A stretch of DNA of 63,934 nt, the filler included, from Acidimicrobiia bacterium (GTDB lineage: Bacteria; Actinomycetota; Acidimicrobiia; Spongiisociales; CAZKJJ01): assembly GCA_046759765.1 (NCBI GenBank). It is 6 parts of 6 records of this genome, joined end to end, with 100 filler letters (N's around TTAATTAATTAA, not from the genome) between each part and the next. Parts side by side here need not be neighbours in the genome. Positions count along the whole stretch, not along the records: positions 22,899 to 34,040 come from JBHICV010000073.1; positions 34,141 to 45,252 come from JBHICV010000074.1; 4 more parts are not named here. The stretch is one strand, 5' to 3'. The translations under genes and the position numbers were made by a program. Below, piece after piece: positions 30,517 through 41,217 of this stretch. How positions within the stretch are numbered: the first letter of the stretch is position 1; every line of letters begins with the position of its first letter. The notes beneath the pieces were generated by a model that searched no databases, was not told the origin of the DNA, and saw nothing but the letters and a program-made list of their open reading frames with translations.

Positions 30517-31680
30517 ATGACAAGAACTCTCGAGTTGCCGGTCGGAGACGGAACCACGATGAGGTGGTCTCCCACGAGGGATCCGCTGCCCGTCCCCACA
30601 CGAGGTTCGATCTCGTCCCGAAGAGCCTTCGCGGCCACGCACGTCGTCGCCGACCCCCAGCGCGAGCCGGGGCCCGGCGGTGTCTTCCCGATCGATTGGG
30701 ACTCGACTCTCGGTTTCCGTCGTCATATCTGGTCGCTGGGCCTCGGTGTGGCCGAGGCCATGGACACCGCTCAGCGCGGTATGGGACTGGACTGGGAGAC
30801 GTCGGAGGAATTGATCCGGCGTACCGCTTCCGAAGCGGCCGCGGTCGGCGGCCTGACGGTCTACGGTGCCAACACCGACCAGCTGGCTCCCAATGAGGCG
30901 GCCGGAATCAGCGAGATCACCGACGCCTACCGGGAGCAGATGTCGGTCATCGAGGATGTCGGCGGGACCGCGGTGCTGATGGCGTCCCGGCACCTCGCCC
31001 GGAGCGCCGGCTCGGCCGACGACTACCTCGAGGTTTACGGATCCGTTGTCAAGGAGGCGGCACGCCCGGTTCTGATCCACTGGCTAGGCGAGATGTTCGA
31101 TCCCGAGTTGCGCGGCTACTGGGGATCGGTTGATACGTGGCAGGCGATGGAGACCGTCGTCCAGCTGATCACTGCTCACTCAGACCGAATCGAAGGCGTC
31201 AAGGTCTCGCTGCTCGACATGGAACTCGAGCTCGAACTGCGGGGCCTCCTCCCCGAGGGAGTGCGCCTGTATACGGGGGACGACCTCAACTTTGCCGAGC
31301 TGATCCTCGGCGACGAGAGCGGACACTCCGACGCTCTCTTGGGAGTGTTCGATCCCATTGCGACTGCGGCTTCAGTCGCGCTGCACGCTCTCGATGAGGG
31401 CGATGTGCCGCGGTACCAAGAGGTGCTCGAGCCCGCCGTCCCCTTCAGCCGGCACCTCTTCGGCCCTCCGACCATGCATTACAAGACCGGGGTGGTGTTT
31501 CTCGCCTATCTGAACGGGCATCAAGACCACTTCCGGATGGTGGCCGGGGCGGAGCGCGATCGGTCGCTGCCGCATCTGTGCCGGCTGGCAGTGCTTGCCG
31601 ACGAAGCCCGGATCCTCCAGGACCCGGACCTGGCCGTGAGCCGGATGCGGCAACTCTTGGCACTTGCCGGCGCCGAGTGA
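30517..31680 (+). CDS. DUF993 family TIM-barrel (DHDPS-like) protein
   Basis: FAATHVVADP, IDWDSTL.FR, AEAMDTAQRGMGLDW, HWLGEMFDP.L.GYWG, YTGDD.N. Confidence 0.85.
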   Translation: MTRTLELPVGDGTTMRWSPTRDPLPVPTRGSISSRRAFAATHVVADPQREPGPGGVFPIDWDSTLGFRRHIWSLGLGVAEAMDTAQRGMGLDWETSEELIRRTASEAAAVGGLTVYGANTDQLAPNEAAGISEITDAYREQMSVIEDVGGTAVLMASRHLARSAGSADDYLEVYGSVVKEAARPVLIHWLGEMFDPELRGYWGSVDTWQAMETVVQLITAHSDRIEGVKVSLLDMELELELRGLLPEGVRLYTGDDLNFAELILGDESGHSDALLGVFDPIATAASVALHALDEGDVPRYQEVLEPAVPFSRHLFGPPTMHYKTGVVFLAYLNGHQDHFRMVAGAERDRSLPHLCRLAVLADEARILQDPDLAVSRMRQLLALAGAE

Positions 31681-32927
31681 GGGCCGACCACACAGTCAAC
31701 GAGCCTGTGGCCGATGCTCGCCGCCTGGTGGAGCGGATCTGGCGCCAGGCCGTTGACGCCGTCGATCCCGCAGAAAGGGTGTTGCGTTCTCTCCAGGGCT
31801 CCGAGAGACCTACACACGTTCTGGCGGTCGGTAAGGCGGCAGTAGCGATGAGCCGCGGAGCGCATGCACAGTTTGGGGCAGTTACCGGATTGGCTGTTTC
31901 GGCAGATGAACGGGCACCCGCGCCCAATCTCGTACATGTGATCGGCGATCATCCCCTACCCGGAAACCGAAGTCTGGAGGCCGGCACGCAGGCGGTGGAA
32001 CTCGTCCAAGCCCTCGGTGAGGAGCACCATCTCCTCGTGCTGCTGTCGGGCGGCGCTTCCGCACTCATGGAGCTGCCTCAACCGGGCATCACTATTTCGC
32101 ATATACGTGACACGACCGTTCATCTAATGCACGCCGGGGCGGACATCGAGGAGCTGAATACCGTTCGCACCCACCTGTCGGTTCTCAAGGGCGGAGGACT
32201 GGCTCGGCTGGCGGGACCGGCCCGAGTCACCACTCTGGCTATGTCTGACGTGATCGACGATCCACCTCACGTGATCGGCTCGGCTCCCACGGTCCCGACC
32301 GCCACCTCGCCCAAGGAGGCACTCGACATACTCGATGAATACGACCTGCGAGACGTCATCAAGGGAGATGTCATCACGACTCTCGAATCCCAAGCAGGCA
32401 CCCGTTACTCACTCGAGGCCGGCGATTATCGGATCGTCGCCAACATGGCCGACGTGGCAAACGCGGCCGCAAGCGCAGCCCGAGCCGCGGGTCTGAGTGC
32501 CTCGATTCTGACCACACGGCTCGCCGGGGAAGCCCGGGAGGCCGCCCCCGGCGCGATTCGTCGGGCGCTCGCCGCCGATACCGACATCAGCCTGCTGGCC
32601 GGCGAAACAACGGTGACCGTGCAGGGAGACGGAGTCGGCGGACGCAGCCAGGAAGCAGCGCTGGCGGGAGCGATCTATATCGCGGGCCGCCCCGACATCG
32701 TGTTCCTCGCCGCGGGTACCGACGGCAAGGACGGGCCGACTCCCGCCGCGGGCGGGATCGTGGATGGCGGGTCGGTCGAACGGGTGGGGTCCGTTTCGGA
32801 GGCGCGGGCTGCCTTGGAGCGGAACGATTCCGCCACGTGGCTGGCCGCCGCCGGTGATCAACTCGTTACGGGGCCCACAGGAACCAATGTCGGGGATCTC
32901 TGGGTGATCTGGACCCACCGATCCTGA
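31677..32927 (+). CDS. Glycerate 2-kinase (MOFRL/GckA family)
   Basis: GKAA, DHPLP, LSGGASAL, LKGGGLA, SDV, GETTV, GTDG.DG, TGPTGTNVGDL. Confidence 0.9.
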   Translation: MRADHTVNEPVADARRLVERIWRQAVDAVDPAERVLRSLQGSERPTHVLAVGKAAVAMSRGAHAQFGAVTGLAVSADERAPAPNLVHVIGDHPLPGNRSLEAGTQAVELVQALGEEHHLLVLLSGGASALMELPQPGITISHIRDTTVHLMHAGADIEELNTVRTHLSVLKGGGLARLAGPARVTTLAMSDVIDDPPHVIGSAPTVPTATSPKEALDILDEYDLRDVIKGDVITTLESQAGTRYSLEAGDYRIVANMADVANAAASAARAAGLSASILTTRLAGEAREAAPGAIRRALAADTDISLLAGETTVTVQGDGVGGRSQEAALAGAIYIAGRPDIVFLAAGTDGKDGPTPAAGGIVDGGSVERVGSVSEARAALERNDSATWLAAAGDQLVTGPTGTNVGDLWVIWTHRS

Positions 32928-32936
32928 GATCGTCAG

Positions 32937-33248
32937 TCACTGGCCGGGAGGGTTGTTGGGGCGAACTCCGGCCACCGTGTACCGGTTGATGTTTCGGGTG
33001 GCCCCTACGTCGGACATGAAAGCCCGGAACTCCAAGAAGTGGGCGGCCGACATGTGGGCATCGACGTCCGGCTCCGTCTCCCATTCCTCGAAGACGAGAA
33101 ATCGCCCAGGCTCTGTGACGTCAGCCCAGAAGGCATACGAGATACAGCCGGGCTCTGAGCGCGTTGCCCCCGTTACGCGTAGGGCGGCGTCAGCAAACGC
33201 GGCGTGATGCTCGGGCGGTACCTCCACCGTCCCGGCCACGACGATCAT
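32937..33248 (-). CDS. Putative quinol monooxygenase (ABM family)
   Basis: MIVVAG...TRSEPGCISY...FEEW...HM...HF. Confidence 0.85.
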   Translation of the reverse strand: MIVVAGTVEVPPEHHAAFADAALRVTGATRSEPGCISYAFWADVTEPGRFLVFEEWETEPDVDAHMSAAHFLEFRAFMSDVGATRNINRYTVAGVRPNNPPGQ

Positions 33249-33317
33249 GCGCCAGTATCCCACTCCCGCGGCTCCCCTTTTACAGGCGCTAAGCCCTGAT
33301 CTGCTACATACGGGCTC

Positions 33318-34040
33318 ATGCACGGCGAGGAGGCAGCAGGTCTGCGGCTGATAGGCCACTCGGATCTGGGCGGCTTCGGCGACGCTATGCAGGTGATGCG
33401 CCACGACGACGCCCTGTACGTCGCCCACCTGGGGACGAGCGGCAAGGGAACGTCGATTCTCGACGTCTCCGATGTCACGTCTCCACGTCTGATACGTCAA
33501 TGGAATCCGCCAGCCGGAACCCATACCCACAAAGTCCAGGTGGCGGACGGCATGTTGGCGATCAACCACGAGCGGTTCCGCAGCGACTCGTGGGAGTCCG
33601 CCGGGTTGGCCCTCTACGACCTCACAGAGCCGTTTGACCCTCATCAAATCGGCTTCTGGCCGTCCGGCGGCGAGGGCGTCCACCGGATTGTCTGGGAGGG
33701 CGGCGAGTACGCCTACCTATCCGCAACCCCCGAGGGATTCGACGACCGAATCTGGTTCATAGTCGATCTCACCGACCCCGAGCATCCCGAAGAAGTGGGC
33801 CGTTGGTGGTGGCCAGGTATGTGGACCGGCGGTGGCGAGCAGCCGGATTGGCCAGCCGACGAGACCAGAAACGTACACCACGGGATGGTTCACGGAGACC
33901 GCGCCTACGTCGGCTTGTGGGACTCGGGAATGGTCATTCTGGATATCTCGGAGCCCACGAACCCAACTGTCGTGTCCCGGCTGACTTGGGAGGTCGGCGG
34001 TCGTACTCATACCTGCCTGCCGCTTCCCGGCAGGGAGCTC
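33318..34040 (+). CDS. LVIVD repeat beta-propeller protein, 3' truncated
   Basis: LIGHSDLGG, ILDVSD..P, HTHKVQ, IVDLTDP..P.EVGRWW, VILDISEP. Confidence 0.8.
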
Positions 34041-34140
34041 NNNNNNNNNNNNNNNNNNNNNNNNNNNNNNNNNNNNNNNNNNNNTTAATTAATTAANNNN
34101 NNNNNNNNNNNNNNNNNNNNNNNNNNNNNNNNNNNNNNNN
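34041..34140. other. Artificial contig linker
   Basis: N44-TTAATTAATTAA-N44. Confidence 0.99.
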
Positions 34141-34142
34141 GC

Positions 34143-35507
34143 GACAACGAGCTGCATCTCGACGACTACGGCCTCGAGTACCTGCATCCCGATCCGGTCG
34201 TCCACCTTCCCTTCCCCGATAGCGAGTCGATAACGCAGTGGCGCGACCTCGACCGAACCTGCGAGGAGCTTGCCCGGTTCTCGACGCACGACGCCGATGC
34301 ATACCGGGAGATCATCGCCGAATACGACACGGTCAAAGGAGCCTTCGGGGCGTATCGGTACACACCAGTCGATTGGGGGCCGTCGCTGGACACCCTGCTC
34401 TCCGGGTTGCCGGGTGGAAATCAGTGGATGCGCCGCCGCCGATTAACCGCAGCTCGTGTCATATCCGACGTCTTCGAGGAAGAACACGTCAGGGCCTTCA
34501 TGCTGTGGATGGCCTTCATGACACTCCAGCCCCCAAACCGACCCGGGACCGGGTGGCTGGCCTACTCCTTGGTCTACGGCCGACAGACCCACTCCTGGAC
34601 GATTCCAAAAGGTGGATCCCGGGCGCTTCCCGACGCGCTGGGTCAATTGATCCAGGACTGCGGAGGAACCGTCGTTACCGGAGAAGAGGTCACGAACCTG
34701 ATCCTGGAGAACGGTCGCTGCGTGGGGGTGGAAACCGGGTCGGGCAATCAATACCGAGCGGAGAAGGCTGTGCTCTCGACCATTCACGTCAAGCATCTGG
34801 TCGGCATGGCTCCTCGCGAAGCGTGGGACGAGGACTTTCTTTATGGGGTAGAGACATGGCAGCCGGGGATAACAATCTTCGCTGCCCATTACGCGACTTC
34901 CGAGCCGCCCCGCTTTGCCGGTCCGGAAGGAGAAGTGACACCGCTGGCAGCCGGAACTCCCGGATCCGTCGAGCGGATCCTGAGAATGGCCCGAGACTTC
35001 GAGCTGGGCATCGTCGCCCGGGATGAGCCCGTCCTGCTGGTTGTTTGTCCCACCGTCGAAGACCCGAGCCGCGCACCCGAAGACCAACACACGCTCAAAG
35101 TCATGGGCTTTCAGCCCTATGCGATCCCGGAGGGACCCGAGCATTGGGATGAGATAAAGGAAGAGGTGGCAGCCAACAACCTCGCCCACTTGCGCAAATT
35201 TGCCCCGAACCTCACCAACGGCAAGATCCTGGCTGCGCATATCAAGAGCCCGCTGGATCTGGAACGGCTCAATGCTGCGAACTGGCACGGTTCTTGTCAC
35301 GGAGGGGATATGGGTCCCGCACAGAGCGGCGGCCTCCGTCCGGCACCTGGCTGGGCTCAGCACCGCCTGCCCCTCGAGGGCCTCTATCAGACTGGCGCCA
35401 CCACCCATCCGGGTGGCTCGGTCTCAGCCGCTCCGGGACGGAACGCAGCTCAGGTCATGCTGGCGGACCTGGGGCTCTCCTTCGAAAAGGCACTTGGGAG
35501 CCGCTGA
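34143..35507 (+). CDS. Phytoene desaturase-like FAD-dependent oxidoreductase, 5' truncated
   Basis: DYGLEY..PD, PKGGS.AL, PTVEDPSRAP, SPLDLE, GLYQTGATTHPGGSVS.APGRNAA. Confidence 0.85.
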   Translation, partial: DNELHLDDYGLEYLHPDPVVHLPFPDSESITQWRDLDRTCEELARFSTHDADAYREIIAEYDTVKGAFGAYRYTPVDWGPSLDTLLSGLPGGNQWMRRRRLTAARVISDVFEEEHVRAFMLWMAFMTLQPPNRPGTGWLAYSLVYGRQTHSWTIPKGGSRALPDALGQLIQDCGGTVVTGEEVTNLILENGRCVGVETGSGNQYRAEKAVLSTIHVKHLVGMAPREAWDEDFLYGVETWQPGITIFAAHYATSEPPRFAGPEGEVTPLAAGTPGSVERILRMARDFELGIVARDEPVLLVVCPTVEDPSRAPEDQHTLKVMGFQPYAIPEGPEHWDEIKEEVAANNLAHLRKFAPNLTNGKILAAHIKSPLDLERLNAANWHGSCHGGDMGPAQSGGLRPAPGWAQHRLPLEGLYQTGATTHPGGSVSAAPGRNAAQVMLADLGLSFEKALGSR

Positions 35508-35510
35508 GAG

Positions 35511-36521
35511 TCAGGCGGCGGCGGTCGTAGCTGCGGAGATCAGCCGGTGAGCGTTGCCGCTCCTGATGGCTTCGAGCTCATCCCTCGTCAGGTCCGGAAC
35601 ATTCTCCAGCGTGCGCACCGGATCCGGATCGCCCATCTCGAACGGGAAGTCGGAACCGAGAAGGAGTCGGTCCGCTCCGACGACCTCGATGAGAAATCGC
35701 AGAGATTGCGGCGAGTGCAGCACTGTGTCGAAATAGAGCGACCGAATGACCTCGGAGGGTGGCGTTTCGAGATCCCGGGCGGCCGCGGCCGGCACAGCAT
35801 CGAAGCTCCGCTGGAGCCGCCCGACTTGATAGGGGAGAAATCCACCGCCGTGAACGACACAGACCGACAGGTTCGGGTGACGATCGAACAAACCGGAAAA
35901 GATCAGCCGAGAGATGGCGATGGTGCTCTCGGCCGGCCTACCCACCGAGTTATGTAAGAAGTGGGCCGAAAGATCGATACCCGGCAGCGGTGATACCGGA
36001 TGGAGGAGAACGAAACTCGAGAGACGAGCGGCCTCGCCCCAGAACACACCCAGATCGGCGGTTATGAGGTCCGTGCCGTCGACATTGGTCCCGATCTCGA
36101 CTCCCACCATGCCGAGCTCCTTCGTCGCATAGCGAAGCTCCTCCGCAGCCGCATCGGGAGCTTGCAGGGGGACGGTCGCCAGCGCCATGAACCTATCCGA
36201 ATCCTTCGCCGCTTCGTGGGCAAGTGCTTCGTTGACATGCCTGGCCCAAGTGATTCCACGTTCGGGGTTTAGGGCGTAGGCCGTGAGATCGATGAAGCTC
36301 GACAGCAGCTGCAGCTCGACGCCCGCGCGGTCCATGTGCTCCAACCGCGTAACTGGGTCCGTGAGGTCTTCACGGAGCGGTAGCGTCCTGACCCGTCCTT
36401 CTATGAGCGCTCCCGACTCATCCAGCTCGATACCGATTTCGGGCCCCTGCGATCGCATGAGCAAAACCAGCTCTTCTGGGACGCAGTGAGCGTGTACGTC
36501 TATCGCTCCAGCTTCGCTCAC
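35511..36521 (-). CDS. Amidohydrolase family (ACMSD-like decarboxylase/hydratase)
   Basis: IDVHAH, LLHP, HGGG.LPY, YFDT, GSDFPFEMG. Confidence 0.9.
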   Translation of the reverse strand: MSEAGAIDVHAHCVPEELVLLMRSQGPEIGIELDESGALIEGRVRTLPLREDLTDPVTRLEHMDRAGVELQLLSSFIDLTAYALNPERGITWARHVNEALAHEAAKDSDRFMALATVPLQAPDAAAEELRYATKELGMVGVEIGTNVDGTDLITADLGVFWGEAARLSSFVLLHPVSPLPGIDLSAHFLHNSVGRPAESTIAISRLIFSGLFDRHPNLSVCVVHGGGFLPYQVGRLQRSFDAVPAAAARDLETPPSEVIRSLYFDTVLHSPQSLRFLIEVVGADRLLLGSDFPFEMGDPDPVRTLENVPDLTRDELEAIRSGNAHRLISAATTAAA

Positions 36522-37738
36522 GATCGGCCTTCCTCCATGACCTGACGGCGGCTAGGCCCCGGACGCGTCTCCGGAAGAATCAATGCCGCTGCGATCATCA
36601 ATACTGCTGTCGCAGCAGCCATCGGCAGGAGAGCGCCCGCTCGACCCAGGGCATCGTAGAGCAGGCCCGCCACGAGGGGACCTACCACGAAGCCTGCGTC
36701 TCCAGCGAACCGAAACACGCCAAGCCGTTTCCCCAGACGTCCAGATCCTGTGAGATCACCGAGCACGGTGGCGCCCACCGACACCCCGACCGAACCAAGC
36801 GAGGCAAGGCCGATCGCGGTCAGCCATGTGCCGAAGGTCGGGTCGAGCGCTCCGATCGTGATCCCGATCGCCTGCACGGCTAGGCCTGAAATCAGCGCCC
36901 ACCTTCTCCCCAACTCATCGGAGGCCCGGCCGGCCGCCAGAGCCCCCAGGACCCGTGCGACTCCTCCGACGGCGAGTCCCAAACCGATTGTCCTCACGGA
37001 CAATCCGAGCTCGGCGTCTCCGATGATCGGGAACAGGGTTTGGATCAGCGCTCCCCCTATCGCGAACTGGAGGGCCGGTAGCGCGTAAAGGACGGCCGCT
37101 ACCCGCCGGGGGATTGCGGCCTCCTCATCAGATCGCCGATTCGTTTCGCGTCCTTCGGATCCACTCGTTGGCGCCGCCCTCACGGCGATCAGGCCCAAGC
37201 CCGCAAGAAGGCCGGCTGCAACGAAGGACCATCGCCAGCTGCCCAGAGACTCGATAGCGCCGCCGAAGGCCGGGCCAAAGGCCTGGCCGGCCAGTAGGGC
37301 TGTCGCGAAGAGGGAAAGAGACGTTCCGCGCCGGCGTCCGCTGGTAGCCGTGGCGAAGAAAGCCATGCCGGTGGTGTTCGTCCATGAAGAGCCCACCCCA
37401 CCCAGGAACGCGGCAATGTAAATGACGGCCGCTATCGGCGCACCGGCGAAGAGCAGGCTGGCGCCCACGACGATGACGGACGACGTCCCCAGCATTCTCC
37501 TGGTTGGGATCTCGTCGGTCAGCCGCCCTACCGGGAGGTCGGCGACTAGCCGGCCAGCCGCGAAAAGGGCGGTCAACAGACCGAGTTGAGTCGCCCCCAG
37601 AGAGAACTCCGACCCGATCTCCGGCAGGAGCGGAGCTCGGGCAAAGGAGGCGACCGTGATGATGAACACGGTGGCGCCCACCGACCACATGGCACCGGCT
37701 GTGCTGCTCGGGCTCGAGTACATTCGAAAGCGGCTCAC
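36518..37738 (-). CDS. MFS transporter
   Basis: About 12 TM helices; GRLTD...RR and GRASDELGRR motif A. Confidence 0.9.
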   Translation of the reverse strand: MSRFRMYSSPSSTAGAMWSVGATVFIITVASFARAPLLPEIGSEFSLGATQLGLLTALFAAGRLVADLPVGRLTDEIPTRRMLGTSSVIVVGASLLFAGAPIAAVIYIAAFLGGVGSSWTNTTGMAFFATATSGRRRGTSLSLFATALLAGQAFGPAFGGAIESLGSWRWSFVAAGLLAGLGLIAVRAAPTSGSEGRETNRRSDEEAAIPRRVAAVLYALPALQFAIGGALIQTLFPIIGDAELGLSVRTIGLGLAVGGVARVLGALAAGRASDELGRRWALISGLAVQAIGITIGALDPTFGTWLTAIGLASLGSVGVSVGATVLGDLTGSGRLGKRLGVFRFAGDAGFVVGPLVAGLLYDALGRAGALLPMAAATAVLMIAAALILPETRPGPSRRQVMEEGRS

Positions 37739-37753
37739 CGCGGCGCGCCGGGC

Positions 37754-39211
37754 TTACCAGTCAGCTGCGATGTATTTGGTCTCCAGGAACTCTGCCATGC
37801 CCTCATGACCCCCCTCGCGGCCGATGCCGCTCTCCTTGACCCCACCGAACGGAGCGGCGGGATCGGAGATCAATCCGCGATTGACTCCGACCATGCCCGC
37901 CTCCAACGCCTCTGACACACGCAGAGCCCGGGCCAGGTCACCGGTGTAGAGATAGGCCGCCAAGCCATGGTGGGTGGCATTCGCCAGCGCAATGGCCTCC
38001 TCCTCGGACTCGAAGGTAACGACCGGCGCGACTGGGCCGAAGATCTCATGACCGAGGATCGGGTCATCGGACCGGACACCCGCCAGCACGGTCGGCTCGA
38101 AGAAGAAGCCGGGGCGATCAGGAGCGCTGCCCCCTGTAGCGACCGTCGAGCCGGCTCCCGTCGAGACTCCGACCAGTTCGCCCAAATCCTTCTGCGCCGC
38201 CTCGTTGATCATGGGGCCGAGCTCGACGCCCGGATCCAAGCCCGGTCCGGTCCGGATCGCCGCCATCGCCGATGACAGCTCATCTGTGAATGCGCCGGCA
38301 ACGGCCTCGTGGGCGTAGATCCGGTTAGCTGCGATACAGGACTGACCGCCGTTGCGCAGCTTGGCAATCATCGCCCCGGAAACGGAGTCCGGGATCTCCG
38401 CATCGTCGAAGACGAGAAATGGGGCGTTGCCCCCTAGCTCCATCGACACGTTGATCACCCGATCGGCGGCCAGCTTGAGAAGCTCACGACCCACCTCGGT
38501 GGAACCCGTGAATGAGAGCTTTCTCACCCTGGGATCGGCCAACACCGCCGGGACGACCTCGGCGGAGCTCCGCGCCGGGATCACGTTGAGCACGCCTGCC
38601 GGCAACCCTGCCTCCTCCAGGAGGGAGGCCATTGCCAGCGCCGTGAGCGGCGTATCCGAAGCCGGCTTGAGGATCATCGTGCAGCCGGCCGCGATCGCGG
38701 GTCCGATCTTCCGGGTTGCCATTGCCGCCGGGAAGTTCCAGGGAGTGACGAGGAACGAGACACCGATGGGCTGATGGATGGCAAGTATGCGCTTGTCGCC
38801 CGCCGGCGCCGTCAAGATCGATCCCTGGTTGCGCACCGCTTCGCCCGAATACCACCGGAGGAACTCCGCCGAGTAGACGGCTTCTCCCCTCGCTTCGGAG
38901 AGCGCCTTGCCCATCTCCAGGACGATCAACTCTGCCAGCTCGTCCGCTCTCTCCACCATCAGCTCGAAGGCTCGTCGGAGGATCTCGCCCCTCTCCTGAG
39001 GCGACGTAGCCGCCCAGCCCGGTCCCGCCTCGGAAGCTGCGGTCACCGCCTCGAGGGCATCCTCGATCCCGGCCGCGGCCACTCTGGTGAGTGGCTCGCC
39101 CGTAGCAGGGTCGAGAACGTCTATCTCGTAGCCATCGGCCGCGGCGCGCCACTCTCCTCCGATGTACAAAGAGGTTCTCCCCTGGCGGATCATCTCTTCC
39201 AGCTGAGTCAT
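37754..39211 (-). CDS. gabD: NAD(P)-dependent succinate-semialdehyde dehydrogenase (GabD-like)
   Basis: TPWNFP, FTGSTEVG, SMELGGNAPF, NGGQSC, EIFGP, PFGGVKESGIGREG. Confidence 0.8.
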   Translation of the reverse strand: MTQLEEMIRQGRTSLYIGGEWRAAADGYEIDVLDPATGEPLTRVAAAGIEDALEAVTAASEAGPGWAATSPQERGEILRRAFELMVERADELAELIVLEMGKALSEARGEAVYSAEFLRWYSGEAVRNQGSILTAPAGDKRILAIHQPIGVSFLVTPWNFPAAMATRKIGPAIAAGCTMILKPASDTPLTALAMASLLEEAGLPAGVLNVIPARSSAEVVPAVLADPRVRKLSFTGSTEVGRELLKLAADRVINVSMELGGNAPFLVFDDAEIPDSVSGAMIAKLRNGGQSCIAANRIYAHEAVAGAFTDELSSAMAAIRTGPGLDPGVELGPMINEAAQKDLGELVGVSTGAGSTVATGGSAPDRPGFFFEPTVLAGVRSDDPILGHEIFGPVAPVVTFESEEEAIALANATHHGLAAYLYTGDLARALRVSEALEAGMVGVNRGLISDPAAPFGGVKESGIGREGGHEGMAEFLETKYIAADW

Positions 39212-39229
39212 ACCTTCTCCTCTGGCCTC

Positions 39230-40162
39230 TCAGGACAACCCGTCGGACACGTCGCGATCTTCCGACCGCAACTCCATGCCGGCGCCGGCCGCATTGAGCT
39301 CGAGGAGCGCGGCGAAGTCCAGGTCGCCAAACCCGCGCCCGATCCCCTCGGTCACGATCTCGTGCACTAGCGCCGCGGTAGGCATTGGTACATCTAGATC
39401 CCTTGCGCTGGCCAGCCCCAACTCGAAGTCCTTGCGTAACAGATGCCAGGTGAAGGTAGTCGTCCAGTCGAGGTTGACGAAGGCGGGCGTCTTGTAGCGG
39501 GTAAACGTCGAGCCGACAACACTCTCGTTGAAGAACTCGAGGAAGTCGGCTCGCGATACGCCGGCTGCCTCGGCGAGGAGCGTCACCTCAGCCATAGATT
39601 GTGTCACGACCCCGAGGTGCAAGTTGTGGCAGAGCTTGACCAGCCGGGCTAGATCGCCCTCGCCGACATATGTCGCCTTACGCGCCAGCTGCTCGAAGTA
39701 CGGCTTTGCCTCGTCGTAGGCGGCCCGGGGCCCCGAGACCACCATGGTCAGCTTCCCGGACTCCACCACTTTCGGGTTCCCGCTTACAGGAGCCGCCAGA
39801 ACCGCAGTGCCCACGGCCGCGGCGCCATCTCTCAGCTCGGCCGAGGCGTCCATGTCGATAGTGGTGGAATCCACCAAGACGCGCGGATGGGTGTTCTGCG
39901 CGGTGAGCACCCCCTCCGCTCCGAAAGCCACCTCCAGGACGTCCTTAGGGCCGCCGACCATCGTGAAAACGATGTCACGGTCAGAGAGCTCGGCGGGACT
40001 GTCTACCACCGTGGCACCGAGATCGGAGAGTGGTCCGGCCTTGGCACGCGTGCGGTTGTAGACGGCTACGTCGCCCCCCTCCCGGAGCAGCCGTTCGGCG
40101 AGCGCATAGCCCATCCGCCCGGTGCCGATCCACCCGAGCCTGGCGCCTTCCGAAGTGCCCAT
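39230..40162 (-). CDS. Beta-hydroxyacid dehydrogenase family (3-hydroxyisobutyrate DH-like)
   Basis: GWIGTGRMG, YNRT, APVSG, VKLCHN, LLRKD. Confidence 0.88.
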   Translation of the reverse strand: MGTSEGARLGWIGTGRMGYALAERLLREGGDVAVYNRTRAKAGPLSDLGATVVDSPAELSDRDIVFTMVGGPKDVLEVAFGAEGVLTAQNTHPRVLVDSTTIDMDASAELRDGAAAVGTAVLAAPVSGNPKVVESGKLTMVVSGPRAAYDEAKPYFEQLARKATYVGEGDLARLVKLCHNLHLGVVTQSMAEVTLLAEAAGVSRADFLEFFNESVVGSTFTRYKTPAFVNLDWTTTFTWHLLRKDFELGLASARDLDVPMPTAALVHEIVTEGIGRGFGDLDFAALLELNAAGAGMELRSEDRDVSDGLS

Positions 40163-40212
40163 ATGTGCCTCCCTCCTGCGGAAGCTGTGGATTAGCCGAC
40201 TCGCAGCCAGCC

Positions 40213-40228
40213 CTACAATCGATTGCAG
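40213..40228. promoter_or_regulatory. Palindromic operator-like site in a divergent intergenic region
   Basis: CTACAATC|GATTGCAG, one mismatch from a perfect palindrome; central CG as in LacI-type operators. Confidence 0.5.
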
Positions 40229-40241
40229 TGAGGATAGTGCG

Positions 40242-41120
40242 TTGAGCGGGGTGGTCTGGGCGGCCGCGGCCGGTCTGCTGTTCGGGGTCTTCCAGGCCTT
40301 CAACCGACGGGCCAACCAGCTGGTGGATGCCTATCGGGGAGCTTTTGCGCTCATCCTCATCTCGGCGATCTCAGTTGGCATCGTCGCCGCTTTGACACAA
40401 GACCTTTCACTTCTGTCTGAGGCCCCCGCCACGTCGTTCCTTTTCTTCCTGGGCGCGGGCGCATTTCAGTTCTTCGTCGCCTGGACCTTCCTCGGTCTTT
40501 CCCAACAGCGAATCGGCGCCTCCAGTACGGGGGTGGTTATCGCCGCCGCGCCTATCGGAGCCACGATTCTGGCCGCGCTCGTCTTGAGCGAACCGCTCCC
40601 TGCGCTGACGGTTCTGGGCGTGCTGCTTGCCGCCGCGGGCGTAGCACTCATTTCGCTCGGACAAGGGAACTCGAGCCTCAGCTTCGGCGCAGTCCCATGG
40701 TTTGCGCTCGGATGTGTTCTGTGCTGGAGCATCAGCCCCCTGCTCATCCGGCTCGGCTTGGAGGAACTGCCGTCGCCTCTCATAGGGGTGACAGTTGGCC
40801 TGATCGGAGCGGCAACGCTGTACGGGGTTTTTCTCGCTCTCGGGGGAGGCCCGAGCGGAAAGCCTGCCGAGAGCGCCCTGCCCTGGTTATTGCTGGCAGG
40901 GGTAGTCGTGGCAGGCGCCATCACCTCGCAATGGACCTCATTCGATCTGATCGAGATCAGCGTCGCCGTGACGCTCCTGCAACTAGCAGTGCCAACCGTT
41001 GTGTTATTGGCACCTCTTGTGGTGCGAACCGAGGCGGAGCGGATAACGCCGGCTCTGGTGGGAGGAATGGGGGCGGTGCTGGCAGGATCCATCCTTGTGA
41101 TCTGGGCAGTGCAGGCGTGA
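40242..41120 (+). CDS. EamA/DMT family transporter
   Basis: About 10 TM helices, ...LSEP...GV; start codon (TTG) uncertain. Confidence 0.85.
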   Translation: MSGVVWAAAAGLLFGVFQAFNRRANQLVDAYRGAFALILISAISVGIVAALTQDLSLLSEAPATSFLFFLGAGAFQFFVAWTFLGLSQQRIGASSTGVVIAAAPIGATILAALVLSEPLPALTVLGVLLAAAGVALISLGQGNSSLSFGAVPWFALGCVLCWSISPLLIRLGLEELPSPLIGVTVGLIGAATLYGVFLALGGGPSGKPAESALPWLLLAGVVVAGAITSQWTSFDLIEISVAVTLLQLAVPTVVLLAPLVVRTEAERITPALVGGMGAVLAGSILVIWAVQA

Positions 41121-41217
41121 GCCTTCGACGCGGAACCGGGTCTCCTCGGCCGGCTAGCTGCGAATAGGATCGAGGATATGAGTCGTATACACCTCGGGGC
41201 GAGCAAGGAGAGGTCCT

